Origin: a candidate division WOR-3 bacterium
GTDB lineage: Bacteria > Hydrothermota > Tepidihabitantia > SM23-42 > JAOAFX01
Reading direction: 5' to 3'
Assembly: GCA_039802205.1 (NCBI GenBank)
Contig: JBDRWD010000007.1
Coordinates: forward strand, 2,433 to 66,432
DNA length: 64,000 nucleotides
This document shows, one piece after another, positions 8,841 through 18,502 of the stretch (positions are counted from its first letter, which is position 1; the number at the start of each line of letters is the position of its first letter). Below the pieces are notes generated by a model. That model did no database searches and had not been told where the DNA came from. It was given only the letters and a program-made list of their open reading frames with translations. The position numbers and the translations under genes are program-made.

Positions 8841-9130
8841 AAAGGGTCTGAGCCTTCTCTACTTTTTGTCAAATTATTTTTATGCGCTGGATTATTAGGG
8901 GTAGCCGCGCCCTTCAGGGTGCGAGATATTCTGGGATGTAAAAAGATTTATCCGCAGGCTAAAGCCTGCGCCTACCATTTTACCGGTTACCACCCAAGGA
9001 CTTCAGGTTGGCTTTTTTATTTAAGCAAGGCTAAAGCCTTGCCCTACAAAAATCCCAACGCTAAATTATTGATGACCCTTTCAAATCTTGCCCATGGGTT
9101 TTATCGTTCCTTCATAAGATATAAAAATAT
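8841..9130. repeat. structured intergenic repeat element, copy A (second copy at 51731..51935)
   Basis: Roughly 80-90% identity to copy B over ~200 nt (GGTCTGAGCC..AAATTATTTTTATGCGC..GGTAGCCGCrCCCTTCAGGGTGCGArAT..ATTTATCCGCAGGCTAAAGCCTGC..CCCTACAAAAATCCCAAC..TTGCCCATG..TTTTATCGT). Copy A carries an extra ~70-nt inserted hairpin module (CAAGGC-UAAA-GCCUUG). Confidence 0.65.
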
Positions 9131-9286
9131 GGAGAGAACTCAGTTTAGAAATCGGGTTGTTTAATAAAAATAGAATATCTTATCCAGATAATTAAAATGT
9201 GATATACTATATCCAAAAAGTGTCTATGATCACAATAGCCATTCCTGGGGAGGTATACATTAGAGGAGCCAAAAGAGAAACGCAAA

Positions 9287-9311
9287 CCTAAAGGTTTGCC
9301 CTACATTGTAA
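9287..9311 (-). terminator. Rho-independent terminator downstream of msrB
   Basis: On the minus strand: GCAAACC-UUUA-GGUUUGC followed by GUUUCUCUUUUGG. It shares the UAAA/UUUA-loop hairpin module of the repeat family. Confidence 0.5.
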
Positions 9312-9323
9312 AATTACCTAATT

Positions 9324-9698
9324 TTAATCCGGCACGAAAATCAGAGAAATTGAGTTTACACAATGGCGGACATTCTTTTCGGTGAAGCCTTCGCCTTCAA
9401 AGACATGGCCTAAATGGGCACCGCAGTTTGCACACTGTATCTCAATCCTGATACCATCAGGGTCTGGAACTCTTTTCACCGCACCCTTTATCTCTTCATC
9501 AAAACTGGGCCAGCCGCACCCGGATTTGAATTTTGCCTCAGAGCGATAAAGCGGTGCATTACATCTTTTGCAATGATAAGTGCCCTTTTGAAAAAAATCA
9601 TTGTATTCACCGCTGAATGGCGGCTCTGTCCCTTTATGAATGATTACCCATTCTTCGGCTCTGGTGAGTTTTCGGAATTTTTTATTTGTGTTGTCCAT
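9324..9698 (-). CDS. msrB: peptide-methionine (R)-S-oxide reductase MsrB
   Basis: Two CxxC zinc pairs (CKRC.., CANCG) and the catalytic RHCVNS motif. This is the Cys form, not Sec. Confidence 0.9.
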   Translation of the reverse strand: MDNTNKKFRKLTRAEEWVIIHKGTEPPFSGEYNDFFQKGTYHCKRCNAPLYRSEAKFKSGCGWPSFDEEIKGAVKRVPDPDGIRIEIQCANCGAHLGHVFEGEGFTEKNVRHCVNSISLIFVPD

Positions 9699-9838
9699 GT
9701 TATTTCATTATGACAAATTAAATATAAGAAAATTTTTCTTCTTTCACCCCTACCTTAGTCCTCCTCCCTCAAGGGGGAGGAAAAAGAAAAGGGGTCTGCC
9801 ATCAGGGGGAGGAGAAAGGGAAGCTGGATATAATTTAT

Positions 9839-12800
9839 TCAATCCTTCACTCTTTCAGGCATACAGGTCTTAGAGACACGACACAGGATATCATCAATTA
9901 TTGTGTAAACAACCGGAATGAGAATGAGTGATACAAAGATACTGAAGGTCATACCGCCAATGAATGCACTTGCCAGTGCCTTTAATGATTCGCCACCACC
10001 ACCGATATTTAAGGCAAGGAACAGAGAGCCGAAGATTGTGGTCAATGAGGTCATCATCACTGGACGGAATCGCTTTTCACCTGCCTCAATTATCGCCTTG
10101 TTTCTTTCTACATTCTTTTCTCTTCGTGATACAACATAATCAAGCAAGAGTATCGCATTATCCGTTACGATTCCAGAAAGAATGATTGCCGATAAGAAAG
10201 AAGACAGATTTAATTCATTGCCCGTGAGCACGAGTCCAGCAAAAAATCCGGTTATGGAAAATGGCACAGAGAGGATTATTACAAAGGGCAAGGTCAGGCT
10301 ATTGAATTGGACACCCATCACCATATACACCAGAATTATTGCAATGATAAGGGCAATACCAAGTGTCTTGAAACTCTCGGCAATCGCCCGATTTGCCCCT
10401 CGCTGTTCAATATTGTATCCATCAGGCAGTTTGAATTCATTTATTATCCATTCAACAATTTTACGATTCTCACGGGCATTCGTGCCCGGTGCAAAACTAC
10501 CGGTAATGTTTACCGAACGTCTTTGATTTATCCGCACAATCTCGGATGGTGATTCACCTTCCTGAAGCACGCCCAGACTTTTGAGCGGCACAACCCCTGC
10601 CAGGGGTGTCGCAACCGGCAGGTTGGCAATGTCACGGAGGGTGAATTTTTCCGCATTAGCAATAACAAGTTCCACATCAATATCCTTATCATCCTTGCGA
10701 TAGGTGGTAACGACCTCACCGGATTTGGCAATCCGCAATGTCTGGGCAAGGGCAAATGCTGAAATCCCTGTAGCAGAAAGTCTCATTCGGTCCGGAATAA
10801 ATACGAATGCGGGCAAACCCCGAGCCAGATTACTCTTTATATATAAAAAGTTTTTCTCGCTTCGCAATGCAGAAGCAAGACGGCTACCAAGTTCACGCAG
10901 GGTATCAAGGTTATCACCGAAGATATTTATATCAATATCCTCGCGCCTCACGCCGACCGTAGCATCAATCACCCGCACAACAAATGTTGGTTCGGTAAAT
11001 GATTCAAGAATTTTTTTGGCATCCGCCATAACTTCACGCACCGGCCTTTTCTTTTCGGTATAGACATTTATTGTAGCACTATACGGTTGGGGCGTACCGA
11101 AGAATGGGTCTTCTCCAACGATGGAAGAGACCTTTGCTACACCATTCAAATTCAACAATGCCTTCTCTAATTTCATTACTTCATTGTTACAATGTTCTAA
11201 TGAAGTTCCACGGGGATATTCAAGGACGATCTGAAACTCACCTTCATCAGTGGCGGCAATCAGACCGGTCTTCACAAAACTGGCAAGAATAAAGCCAATG
11301 ACCAGTAAAAAGACAAATATGAAAACCGTAATCAAACGGTGTCTTAAAACCTTTTCCAGAAGATTTTTATATCCATTTCTCATCATCGTTTCCAGATTCA
11401 AAAACCAGCGGTTAAACTGAAATTTTGGCGGTTCGGGTTTCAATAAGAAATAACTCAATATCGGGACAATTGTTACTGCAATGATGATTGAAATGCTCAA
11501 TGAGAATACAACGGTCAGGGCAAGTTCGCCGAGCAAAACCTTGGCAAATCCCTGGGTAAAAGCAAGGGGTAAAAATACGACTATCGTCGTAATGACACCG
11601 GCGCTTATTGCCAGACCTACTTCCCGTGTTGATTCCACAACCATTTCTAATTTTGAACCGGAAAAATCTTTATCCCGCAAATGCCGGAAGATATTCTCCA
11701 TCACCACGATTGAGGCATCTACAATCAAACCAGTAGCAAGGGATAATCCACCAATAGAGATCGTATTGAGCGAAAGATTGAAGACCTTCATAAAGATAAA
11801 GGTGATTATGATAGTAATCGGGATTGATATCACAATGACGAGGGTGTTTCTAATCCTGCCTAAAAATAAAAGTATCACGAGCGATGCCAGCAATGCACCT
11901 AAAATGCCCGAAATGACCACATCTTTAAGGGCATTAAGAATTACATTGGATTCGTCTTTGATGACCTGAATCTTTATATCCGAAGGCAATTTATCTTTAT
12001 TTTCTTTGAGCCATTTTTTCACTCCCTGCGCAACCTGGACTGAATTGCCATTGCTCGGTTTGCGCACCAGGATTCCTACCGCATTATTTAGATTCAAACG
12101 AGCAAAACGCGTCTGCAATTTTTCAATACTATAAACCTTTGCAATATCACCAATCCTGATCGTCCTGCCGCCGGCAACCGTGATGTATTCATTCTTGATA
12201 TCTTCTATGGATTGATAACTTCCTTTCAGACGTAATGAAAATACATGCTGACCACTCTTTATTTCACCGATTGGAAAATCAATGTTACCACTGCTTAAGG
12301 CGAGGGCAATCTGATTTAAGCCGATACCGGTTTCGTATAAACGGAGTGGGTCAATTTCAACACGAATCACTTCATCTATTCCGCCGGTGACCTTGGCATT
12401 TGCGACACCGGGCAGACGAGCAATTGCCGGCGCAATCCTTTTTTCTACAAATCTTTTCAAATCGGCAAGGTCCCTGGTTTCAGATGTAATAGAAAGTTCA
12501 ACCGGTGGTGGAAGAATGTTACTTATCGTCGTGATTGAAGGAGTTGTGGCATTCCTGGGCAATTGTCCTTTTATGAGGTCAATCTTTTCCTGGAGTTCAC
12601 GCTGTTTTTTTTCTATATTCACACCGAACGCATAATTTACAATGATCTGTGAAAAACCTTCTCGGCTCGTGGAGTTGATCTGCTCAATGCCGGAGATAGT
12701 TGAAATCGCTTCTTCAATTGGTTTGGTCAGTTCATTCTCAACAACTTCTGGACTCGCACCAGGATAGGCAGTAATGATTATTGCGGCTGGAACCGAAAAT

Positions 12801-12916
12801 TCTGGATAATAGGAAACCGGCAGGGAAAAGAAACTGATAAAACCAATAATTATTAAGACCCCGGTTATTAAAAGGGTTCCCACATACCTCTGGATAAAAA
12901 AGCGAATCACATTCAT
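9839..12916 (-). CDS. RND multidrug efflux transporter, AcrB/HAE1 family (inner membrane pump)
   Basis: 1025 aa with 12-TM RND architecture. Ends TGA. Confidence 0.9.
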   Translation of the reverse strand: MNVIRFFIQRYVGTLLITGVLIIIGFISFFSLPVSYYPEFSVPAAIIITAYPGASPEVVENELTKPIEEAISTISGIEQINSTSREGFSQIIVNYAFGVNIEKKQRELQEKIDLIKGQLPRNATTPSITTISNILPPPVELSITSETRDLADLKRFVEKRIAPAIARLPGVANAKVTGGIDEVIRVEIDPLRLYETGIGLNQIALALSSGNIDFPIGEIKSGQHVFSLRLKGSYQSIEDIKNEYITVAGGRTIRIGDIAKVYSIEKLQTRFARLNLNNAVGILVRKPSNGNSVQVAQGVKKWLKENKDKLPSDIKIQVIKDESNVILNALKDVVISGILGALLASLVILLFLGRIRNTLVIVISIPITIIITFIFMKVFNLSLNTISIGGLSLATGLIVDASIVVMENIFRHLRDKDFSGSKLEMVVESTREVGLAISAGVITTIVVFLPLAFTQGFAKVLLGELALTVVFSLSISIIIAVTIVPILSYFLLKPEPPKFQFNRWFLNLETMMRNGYKNLLEKVLRHRLITVFIFVFLLVIGFILASFVKTGLIAATDEGEFQIVLEYPRGTSLEHCNNEVMKLEKALLNLNGVAKVSSIVGEDPFFGTPQPYSATINVYTEKKRPVREVMADAKKILESFTEPTFVVRVIDATVGVRREDIDINIFGDNLDTLRELGSRLASALRSEKNFLYIKSNLARGLPAFVFIPDRMRLSATGISAFALAQTLRIAKSGEVVTTYRKDDKDIDVELVIANAEKFTLRDIANLPVATPLAGVVPLKSLGVLQEGESPSEIVRINQRRSVNITGSFAPGTNARENRKIVEWIINEFKLPDGYNIEQRGANRAIAESFKTLGIALIIAIILVYMVMGVQFNSLTLPFVIILSVPFSITGFFAGLVLTGNELNLSSFLSAIILSGIVTDNAILLLDYVVSRREKNVERNKAIIEAGEKRFRPVMMTSLTTIFGSLFLALNIGGGGESLKALASAFIGGMTFSIFVSLILIPVVYTIIDDILCRVSKTCMPERVKD

Positions 12917-12917
12917 A

Positions 12918-13787
12918 TCATTCCTTAATTACATTGACTTTTTGCCCATCAGTTATTCGGTCTGCACCTTCACTGATGATTATTTCATTTTCTTTTAAAC
13001 CACTGACTAAATAGTATTCCTCAGAACGGGATATTATCTGGATTGGTGTAAAGACTGCCTTATCATCTTCTAACTTATATACACCCGTGCCTTTTTCGCT
13101 TAAGTTTACAACCGCTTTTCGAGGAATCACCATACCAGTGCGTGTTGCGACAATGATATGCCCATTCAGGGTCTGACCGATAAGCAAATTGTTTTTGGGA
13201 GTGGCAAGACGACAGACCTGACTTTCTATTGTGACACCACCGGTGGCCGGGTCAACCTGGGGGGCAACAAGGTTTATTTGAACCACGGCAACCGTATCTT
13301 TTTTTCCATCAGTAATCGCAATCCTCTGTTTTGGTTTTACTGAAAAACGCTCTTCACCGAATACCTGCCCCTTGAAATTAAGACAACCGATATCGCCGAC
13401 TTCAAACAATGGCGTCTGGGGATTTATCGTCTTGCCAATATCAATTAAAGACTTCAATACAATACCTCTTATTGGCGATTTTACAGAATATGGCTTAAAC
13501 TCACTACCAGGCACTTCCTGGATAACAGTTGCCAATGTCTGATTTAAAAATACTGTATCACCTTCACGGACAAGAATCTTTTCTACCTTACCTGAAATTT
13601 GAGCAAAGACGCTCACGGCATTTTTCGGCATTATCTTACCTACCACATCAACGACCACAGGTATTGTTGTATCTTTTACCACTGCGGTTTTAACAGAAAC
13701 TACCACTTCAGTAACCTTTTTCTCTTTTCCCTTACAAAAAGGGAAGAGAAATAATAGCATTACTAAAATGATTAATGTTCTTCTCAT
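12918..13787 (-). CDS. efflux RND periplasmic adaptor subunit (MFP/HlyD family), lipoprotein
   Basis: Probable start is ATG 13785-13787 (MRRTLIILVMLLFLFPFC lipobox), 1 nt after the TAG of the upstream pump. The tracked ORF extends to 13823. Confidence 0.75.
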   Translation of the reverse strand: MRRTLIILVMLLFLFPFCKGKEKKVTEVVVSVKTAVVKDTTIPVVVDVVGKIMPKNAVSVFAQISGKVEKILVREGDTVFLNQTLATVIQEVPGSEFKPYSVKSPIRGIVLKSLIDIGKTINPQTPLFEVGDIGCLNFKGQVFGEERFSVKPKQRIAITDGKKDTVAVVQINLVAPQVDPATGGVTIESQVCRLATPKNNLLIGQTLNGHIIVATRTGMVIPRKAVVNLSEKGTGVYKLEDDKAVFTPIQIISRSEEYYLVSGLKENEIIISEGADRITDGQKVNVIKE

Positions 13788-13788
13788 A

Positions 13789-16700
13789 CTACACCCCTTT
13801 TTCACTCTTTGTTCTTTTTTCAATCACCAGATAGATCGTGGGAATGAAGACCAGAGTCAAGAATGTGGCAAAGAGCAAGCCGCCAATAACCGAACGTGCC
13901 ATTGGTGCACGAATTTCACTCCCCGCACCAATACCGAGTGCCATCGGAATTAAACCGAAGATTGTAGTAAGTGCCGTCATCAGAATCGGTCTGAGACGCA
14001 CCCTGCCTGCCTCAATCAATGCATCAACAAGAGGCATCCCATGTTTTCGCCGCAATTGATTTGTATAATCCACATAGACAATGGCATTGTTTACCACAAC
14101 ACCGGCAAGCAATAACAAGCCCATTAAACTCTGCATATTGACGGTCGTATTGGTGAAGAAAAGCATCCATAATACACCGATGATTGCCAGGGGGACTGTG
14201 AACATAATAATAAATGGCTCCCGGAAAGATTCAAACTGCCCGACCATTATAATATAGACAAGGAATATCGCAATAAGGATTACAAAACCGATATCCCTGA
14301 ATGTTGTCTGCATCTCTCTAAATCCACCACCCATTTCAAATTTAAATCCCGGAGGCAGAGGGTATTCTTTTAATATCTTTTGCACATCACGTGCTACACT
14401 ATTCTGATCCCTGCCTTCTACATTGCCGGTGATTTTGACCACCCGGAATGTGTTTTCATGCTCAATCTTCTCCGGTCCGACGGTAACCGTATCAATGAGA
14501 AAGTTTCTCAAAGGCACAACCCCGACCGGTGTTGCAATATTCAGTGCCTTAATCTTCTCCGGTGTATCTTTATATCCCTTTTTGAGCGTAATCCTTATAT
14601 CATATTCCCTTCCCTCAATACGATACTGGGTCGCAACCATCCCTTCAATCTGACTCCTCAAGGCAAGACCAATCTGATAAGGGGTAAGACCAAATTGCAT
14701 TGCCTTGTATCTATCAACGATGAACTGAATCTCAGGCTTACCCTCACTCAAATCCGATTCAATATCAACAAGACCTTTTACTTTTCTTAATTTTTCAATC
14801 AACTCGTCATTGATTCTTTTTGCCTTATCAAGGTCATAGCCGATTATCTTTATTTCAATCGGTTTGCCAGTGCCAAATAAGAAAGACTCCTGGGAGGTGA
14901 AGCGGACGACAAGACCGGGGATGGAATTCAATTTAGGCCGGAGCGCTTTCTGAATATCTTTTACCGAACGGTTGCGCTTTTCTCTATCTACAAGCCCGAT
15001 CCAGATTGTTGCCGCATTTGGACCTGCTCCGCCACCAAAGAGCGCGGAAAGACCGGTGCCTGAGCCAATCGTGATAAAAACATTTTTCATCTCCGGTATT
15101 TCTTTCAGCAGTATCTCTTCTAATTTGATTATTGCTGAATCAGTAGTTGCAAGATTTGTGCCTACAGGCATCTCGGCTTCAATCTGGATCTGCCCCCGGT
15201 CCGGGGATGGTGTGAGTTCAGCGCCGATAAAGAATAAAAGACCTAAACTCAATACAAAGAGCCCACCGGTACCAAAGATTATCCTCTTGCGATGATTCAA
15301 TGCCCAACGGATTATTCTTAGATAGAAATCTTCTATCCTCTTGTAAAATTTCTGGACTGTTCTTTCAATACCACTGAGTTCTGTTTTAATATGTATCAAC
15401 TTTGCCATCAACATCGGCACAATCGTTACTGCCACAAGCAATGACGAGGCAAGGGCAAAGGTCACAGTCCAGGCGATCTGACTGAAAAATATTGACGCAA
15501 ATCCCCGCACCAGAAGCAATGGTAAGAAAACCGCGATCGTGGTCAAGGTTGAGGCGGTGATTGCCATACCAACTTCCTGTGTGCCCAGAACCGATGCCAG
15601 ATCAGGTTCTTCACCCTTTTCCTGTCGGTGCCGATAGATTGCCTCAAACACAACGATTGCACAGTCGACGACCATGCCGATCGCAATCGTCAGACCACCG
15701 AGCGAGACCATATTGATCGTCATATTGAAGATAAACATCATAAAGACCGCAAAGAATACTGTAATAGGAAGTGTGATACCAATTATGAGGGCTGCCCTCA
15801 GATTTCCGAGGAACAAAAAGAGAATTAAAACCGCAAGTATCGCACCGATTATCAGTGTATCCGCAGTGCTACGAATAGAACGATTTATAAAATCTGCCTG
15901 ATTGAAAAATACATCAATACTGACACCCGAGGGTAATTCCTTCTTAATGTTTTCAATCTCTTTTACCACATCATTACAGACCTTTACGGTATTGGCATTC
16001 GTTCTCTTCTGAATAAAACCATATATTGAATTGACCCGATTCGTCCGGGTGATTGAAGTTCTCTCAGATGGACCAAGTTTCACATCTGCAACCTGTTCCA
16101 GTAAAATCGGAATTCCGTTCTTGTTGCCGATCACGGTCTTTCGGATTTCATCAATATTTTTATACTCACCAATCACCCGCAGGGTATATACCTTTGTACC
16201 GGATTCCACCTTGCCCAAAGGAAAATTTATATTCTGGGCACGCAGGATATTCATCACCTGTTCCGGGCTGATCCCCAGACTGATGAGTTTCTCATAATCA
16301 AATTGAATCTGGACCTCGGTCAGAACTCCACTTTCAACAAAGGAAGCAGCAACCCCACCGACCCTTTGGAGTCTATCCGCAATATCATCACCAATCCGGT
16401 CAAGTTCCAGCGGATCAATATCCCCTTTGATGCTGTAAAGTACCACGGGCTGTTGTGATACATCAAATTTAAATATCATCGGTTGCTGGGCATCCTGGGG
16501 CAGATACGGTAATATCAAACCAAGTCTATCACGCACATCATTTGCCGCAGCATCAAGGTCGGTTCCCCAAGTAAATTGTAGCATAATCATTGAAGAGTTC
16601 TCCGAAGAGGTTGAGGTAATCTTTTCAATATTGTTGAGCGTACCAAGAATCTTCTCAAAAGGCTGGGTGATCTGGGTCTCAACCTCCTGCGGTCCCGCAC

Positions 16701-16857
16701 CCTGATAGGTCGTCATCACAACCATCATTGGGAGGGTGATATTGGGGAACAGGTCAACGGGTAATTTGGTTATCGATATTATGCCGAAGACCAGCAACCC
16801 CAAAAAGACCATTGAAATTGTTAGGGGTCTTTTTACAGAAACTTCGGTGATCTTCAT
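13789..16857 (-). CDS. RND multidrug efflux transporter, AcrB/HAE1 family (second pump)
   Basis: 1022 aa, paralogous to 9839..12916. Its start overlaps the upstream gene's stop (ATGA). Confidence 0.9.
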   Translation of the reverse strand: MKITEVSVKRPLTISMVFLGLLVFGIISITKLPVDLFPNITLPMMVVMTTYQGAGPQEVETQITQPFEKILGTLNNIEKITSTSSENSSMIMLQFTWGTDLDAAANDVRDRLGLILPYLPQDAQQPMIFKFDVSQQPVVLYSIKGDIDPLELDRIGDDIADRLQRVGGVAASFVESGVLTEVQIQFDYEKLISLGISPEQVMNILRAQNINFPLGKVESGTKVYTLRVIGEYKNIDEIRKTVIGNKNGIPILLEQVADVKLGPSERTSITRTNRVNSIYGFIQKRTNANTVKVCNDVVKEIENIKKELPSGVSIDVFFNQADFINRSIRSTADTLIIGAILAVLILFLFLGNLRAALIIGITLPITVFFAVFMMFIFNMTINMVSLGGLTIAIGMVVDCAIVVFEAIYRHRQEKGEEPDLASVLGTQEVGMAITASTLTTIAVFLPLLLVRGFASIFFSQIAWTVTFALASSLLVAVTIVPMLMAKLIHIKTELSGIERTVQKFYKRIEDFYLRIIRWALNHRKRIIFGTGGLFVLSLGLLFFIGAELTPSPDRGQIQIEAEMPVGTNLATTDSAIIKLEEILLKEIPEMKNVFITIGSGTGLSALFGGGAGPNAATIWIGLVDREKRNRSVKDIQKALRPKLNSIPGLVVRFTSQESFLFGTGKPIEIKIIGYDLDKAKRINDELIEKLRKVKGLVDIESDLSEGKPEIQFIVDRYKAMQFGLTPYQIGLALRSQIEGMVATQYRIEGREYDIRITLKKGYKDTPEKIKALNIATPVGVVPLRNFLIDTVTVGPEKIEHENTFRVVKITGNVEGRDQNSVARDVQKILKEYPLPPGFKFEMGGGFREMQTTFRDIGFVILIAIFLVYIIMVGQFESFREPFIIMFTVPLAIIGVLWMLFFTNTTVNMQSLMGLLLLAGVVVNNAIVYVDYTNQLRRKHGMPLVDALIEAGRVRLRPILMTALTTIFGLIPMALGIGAGSEIRAPMARSVIGGLLFATFLTLVFIPTIYLVIEKRTKSEKGV

Positions 16858-17735
16858 CTTTCCCTCACAATCGGAATGACCTTTTCACCACCCGCAAGGC
16901 GCTGCTGACCAAGAACAATCACAAGTTCATTTTCATTAAGCCCTTCAATGACTTCTACAAGTTCATCACCAACAAGCCCGATTTTTATCGGTCTTCTTTC
17001 GGCGATGCTGTCTTTATTTACTACAAAGACTGAATTATCGATGAGTGCATCCTTGGAAATTGCAACCGCGCCTTTTTTCTCACTCATCTTGATTGATACC
17101 CTTGCGGTCATCCCGGGTTTTAGATCTGCGACCGGGTTCTGGATAATTCCTTTCACCGCCACGGTCTTGGTCAGCGGGTCGATGATGGGACTGATCTCGC
17201 TTATATAGCCGTTAAACACCTTCTCTGAGACTGCATCAACATTTATAATTATCGGCATATTCACACGGAAACACTGGGCATCTATTTCCGGGACATTGAA
17301 ACTCACCTTTATTCGGGATAAATCAACGACCATCGCCACTGGCATTTGGGGTGCGACAGTCGAACCAACATCTACTAAGATCTTGGCGATTGTGCCACTG
17401 ATTGGAGTGGTGACAGACGCCTCTTCAAAATCAAAACCCACGGTTTCATTGCGCATACCAATTATTTTCTCTCCCTTCTGGACATAGGAGCCTTCTTTGA
17501 CAAATATTTTTGTCACCCGTCCCATTGTCTCTGGAAAGATCTGGACTGTTTTATCCGCAACAAGGGTGCCGATGATGGTGCAGGTCTTCCGGACATCGGA
17601 CTTTTTAACGGAAATTACTTCTACCGTTGGCGGCACCTTTTCCATCTTTGCACCTGTCTGCCTTTTGACAAGGGTCAATCTTAGAACCGCGCCGATTACA
17701 ATAATGATGATAATTGCTATTAAATATCTCTTCAT
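16854..17735 (-). CDS. efflux RND periplasmic adaptor subunit (MFP)
   Basis: 293 aa with an N-terminal TM/signal segment and the beta-barrel/lipoyl architecture typical of AcrA-like adaptors. Confidence 0.8.
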   Translation of the reverse strand: MKRYLIAIIIIIVIGAVLRLTLVKRQTGAKMEKVPPTVEVISVKKSDVRKTCTIIGTLVADKTVQIFPETMGRVTKIFVKEGSYVQKGEKIIGMRNETVGFDFEEASVTTPISGTIAKILVDVGSTVAPQMPVAMVVDLSRIKVSFNVPEIDAQCFRVNMPIIINVDAVSEKVFNGYISEISPIIDPLTKTVAVKGIIQNPVADLKPGMTARVSIKMSEKKGAVAISKDALIDNSVFVVNKDSIAERRPIKIGLVGDELVEVIEGLNENELVIVLGQQRLAGGEKVIPIVRER

Positions 17736-17757
17736 AATAATACCTCCTTAAATTTTA

Positions 17758-18282
17758 TTATAGATGTACGAAGATTCCTAAACATATTGTTATTAATAAT
17801 TCGCAAGAATTGCATTTTTCTATATTACCTCCATTTTCCGATTCTCCAAACTTGAGAAGGCTTTCGCCTTCTTCAATTTCCTCTTTTTTGAAGGGCCTTC
17901 GACTTACTGAAACTTCCCCTCCCTTGAGGGGAGGGGATAAAGGGGAGGGTGACAATTCACTGATTATCACTTCCATCACCCCATCGATATTTCTTAATAC
18001 ATCGTTATTCCAAAATCTTAATACCCTGTATCCTTGTGACCGAAGCCACCTATCCCTTATTTTATCAATCTTGCTCTCAAAATGCCCACTGCCATCAACC
18101 TCAATAATCAATTTTTTCTCAAAACAGACAAAATCCACAATATAGCGTCCTATCATCTGCTGTCTTCGAAATTTTACACCTAATTGTTTATCTCGTATCT
18201 TATACCATAATCTCTTTTCTGCTAAGGTCATATTGCCTCTTAGGCGTTTTAATATTATTTTGTTTCGTGGGGTTAGTTTCAT
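17758..18282 (-). CDS. DUF559 (Vsr-like endonuclease fold) domain protein with unrelated low-complexity C-terminal tail
   Basis: The N-terminal ~110 aa match the DUF559 pattern (..YIVDFVC..IIEVDGSGHF..D..RD..L...G..VLRFWN..V). The C-terminal 60 aa are translated through a G/C palindromic repeat. Confidence 0.65.
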   Translation of the reverse strand: MKLTPRNKIILKRLRGNMTLAEKRLWYKIRDKQLGVKFRRQQMIGRYIVDFVCFEKKLIIEVDGSGHFESKIDKIRDRWLRSQGYRVLRFWNNDVLRNIDGVMEVIISELSPSPLSPPLKGGEVSVSRRPFKKEEIEEGESLLKFGESENGGNIEKCNSCELLITICLGIFVHL

Positions 18283-18302
18283 TCTTTCACCCCCACCTTA
18301 AT

Positions 18303-18490
18303 CCTCCCCCCTCAAGGGGGAGGAAAAGAGAAGGAGAATCCCCCTCAAGGGGGAGGAAAAGAGAAGGAGAATCCCCCTCAAGGGGGAGGAAAAGAGAAGG
18401 AGAATCCCCCTCAAGGGGGAGGAAAAGCGAAGGAGAACCCCCTCAAGGGGGAGGAAAAGAGAAGAAAATTTGCCATCAAGGGGGAGGGCA
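18303..18490. repeat. tandem array of ~5.5 copies of a 33-bp unit (CCCCCTCAAGGGGGAGGAAAAGAGAAGGAGAAT), each unit holding a CCCCC-uCAa-GGGGG palindrome
   Basis: Copies 2 and 3 are identical and the outer copies are degenerate. No unique spacers, so this is not CRISPR. Tracked ORFs 18267..18494 (+) and 18298..18510 (-) are artefacts of the repeat. Confidence 0.85.
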
Positions 18491-18502
18491 TTAAAAGCGA
18501 TT

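Noticed and set aside
8919-9164. 81-aa ORF inside repeat copy A, and similar ORFs 8332..8577 and 8596..8898 (+)
   Set aside because: They lie in the repeated noncoding element or antisense to gene 8391..8801. They have no RBS and are not conserved in copy B beyond a 5-codon MERTQ mini-ORF.
12918-13823. MFP adaptor start at 13823 (35-nt overlap with upstream RND gene)
   Set aside because: The internal ATG 13785-13787 gives a proper lipoprotein signal peptide (lipobox FPFC) and sits 1 nt after the RND stop, consistent with translational coupling. The upstream extension is positively charged and atypical.
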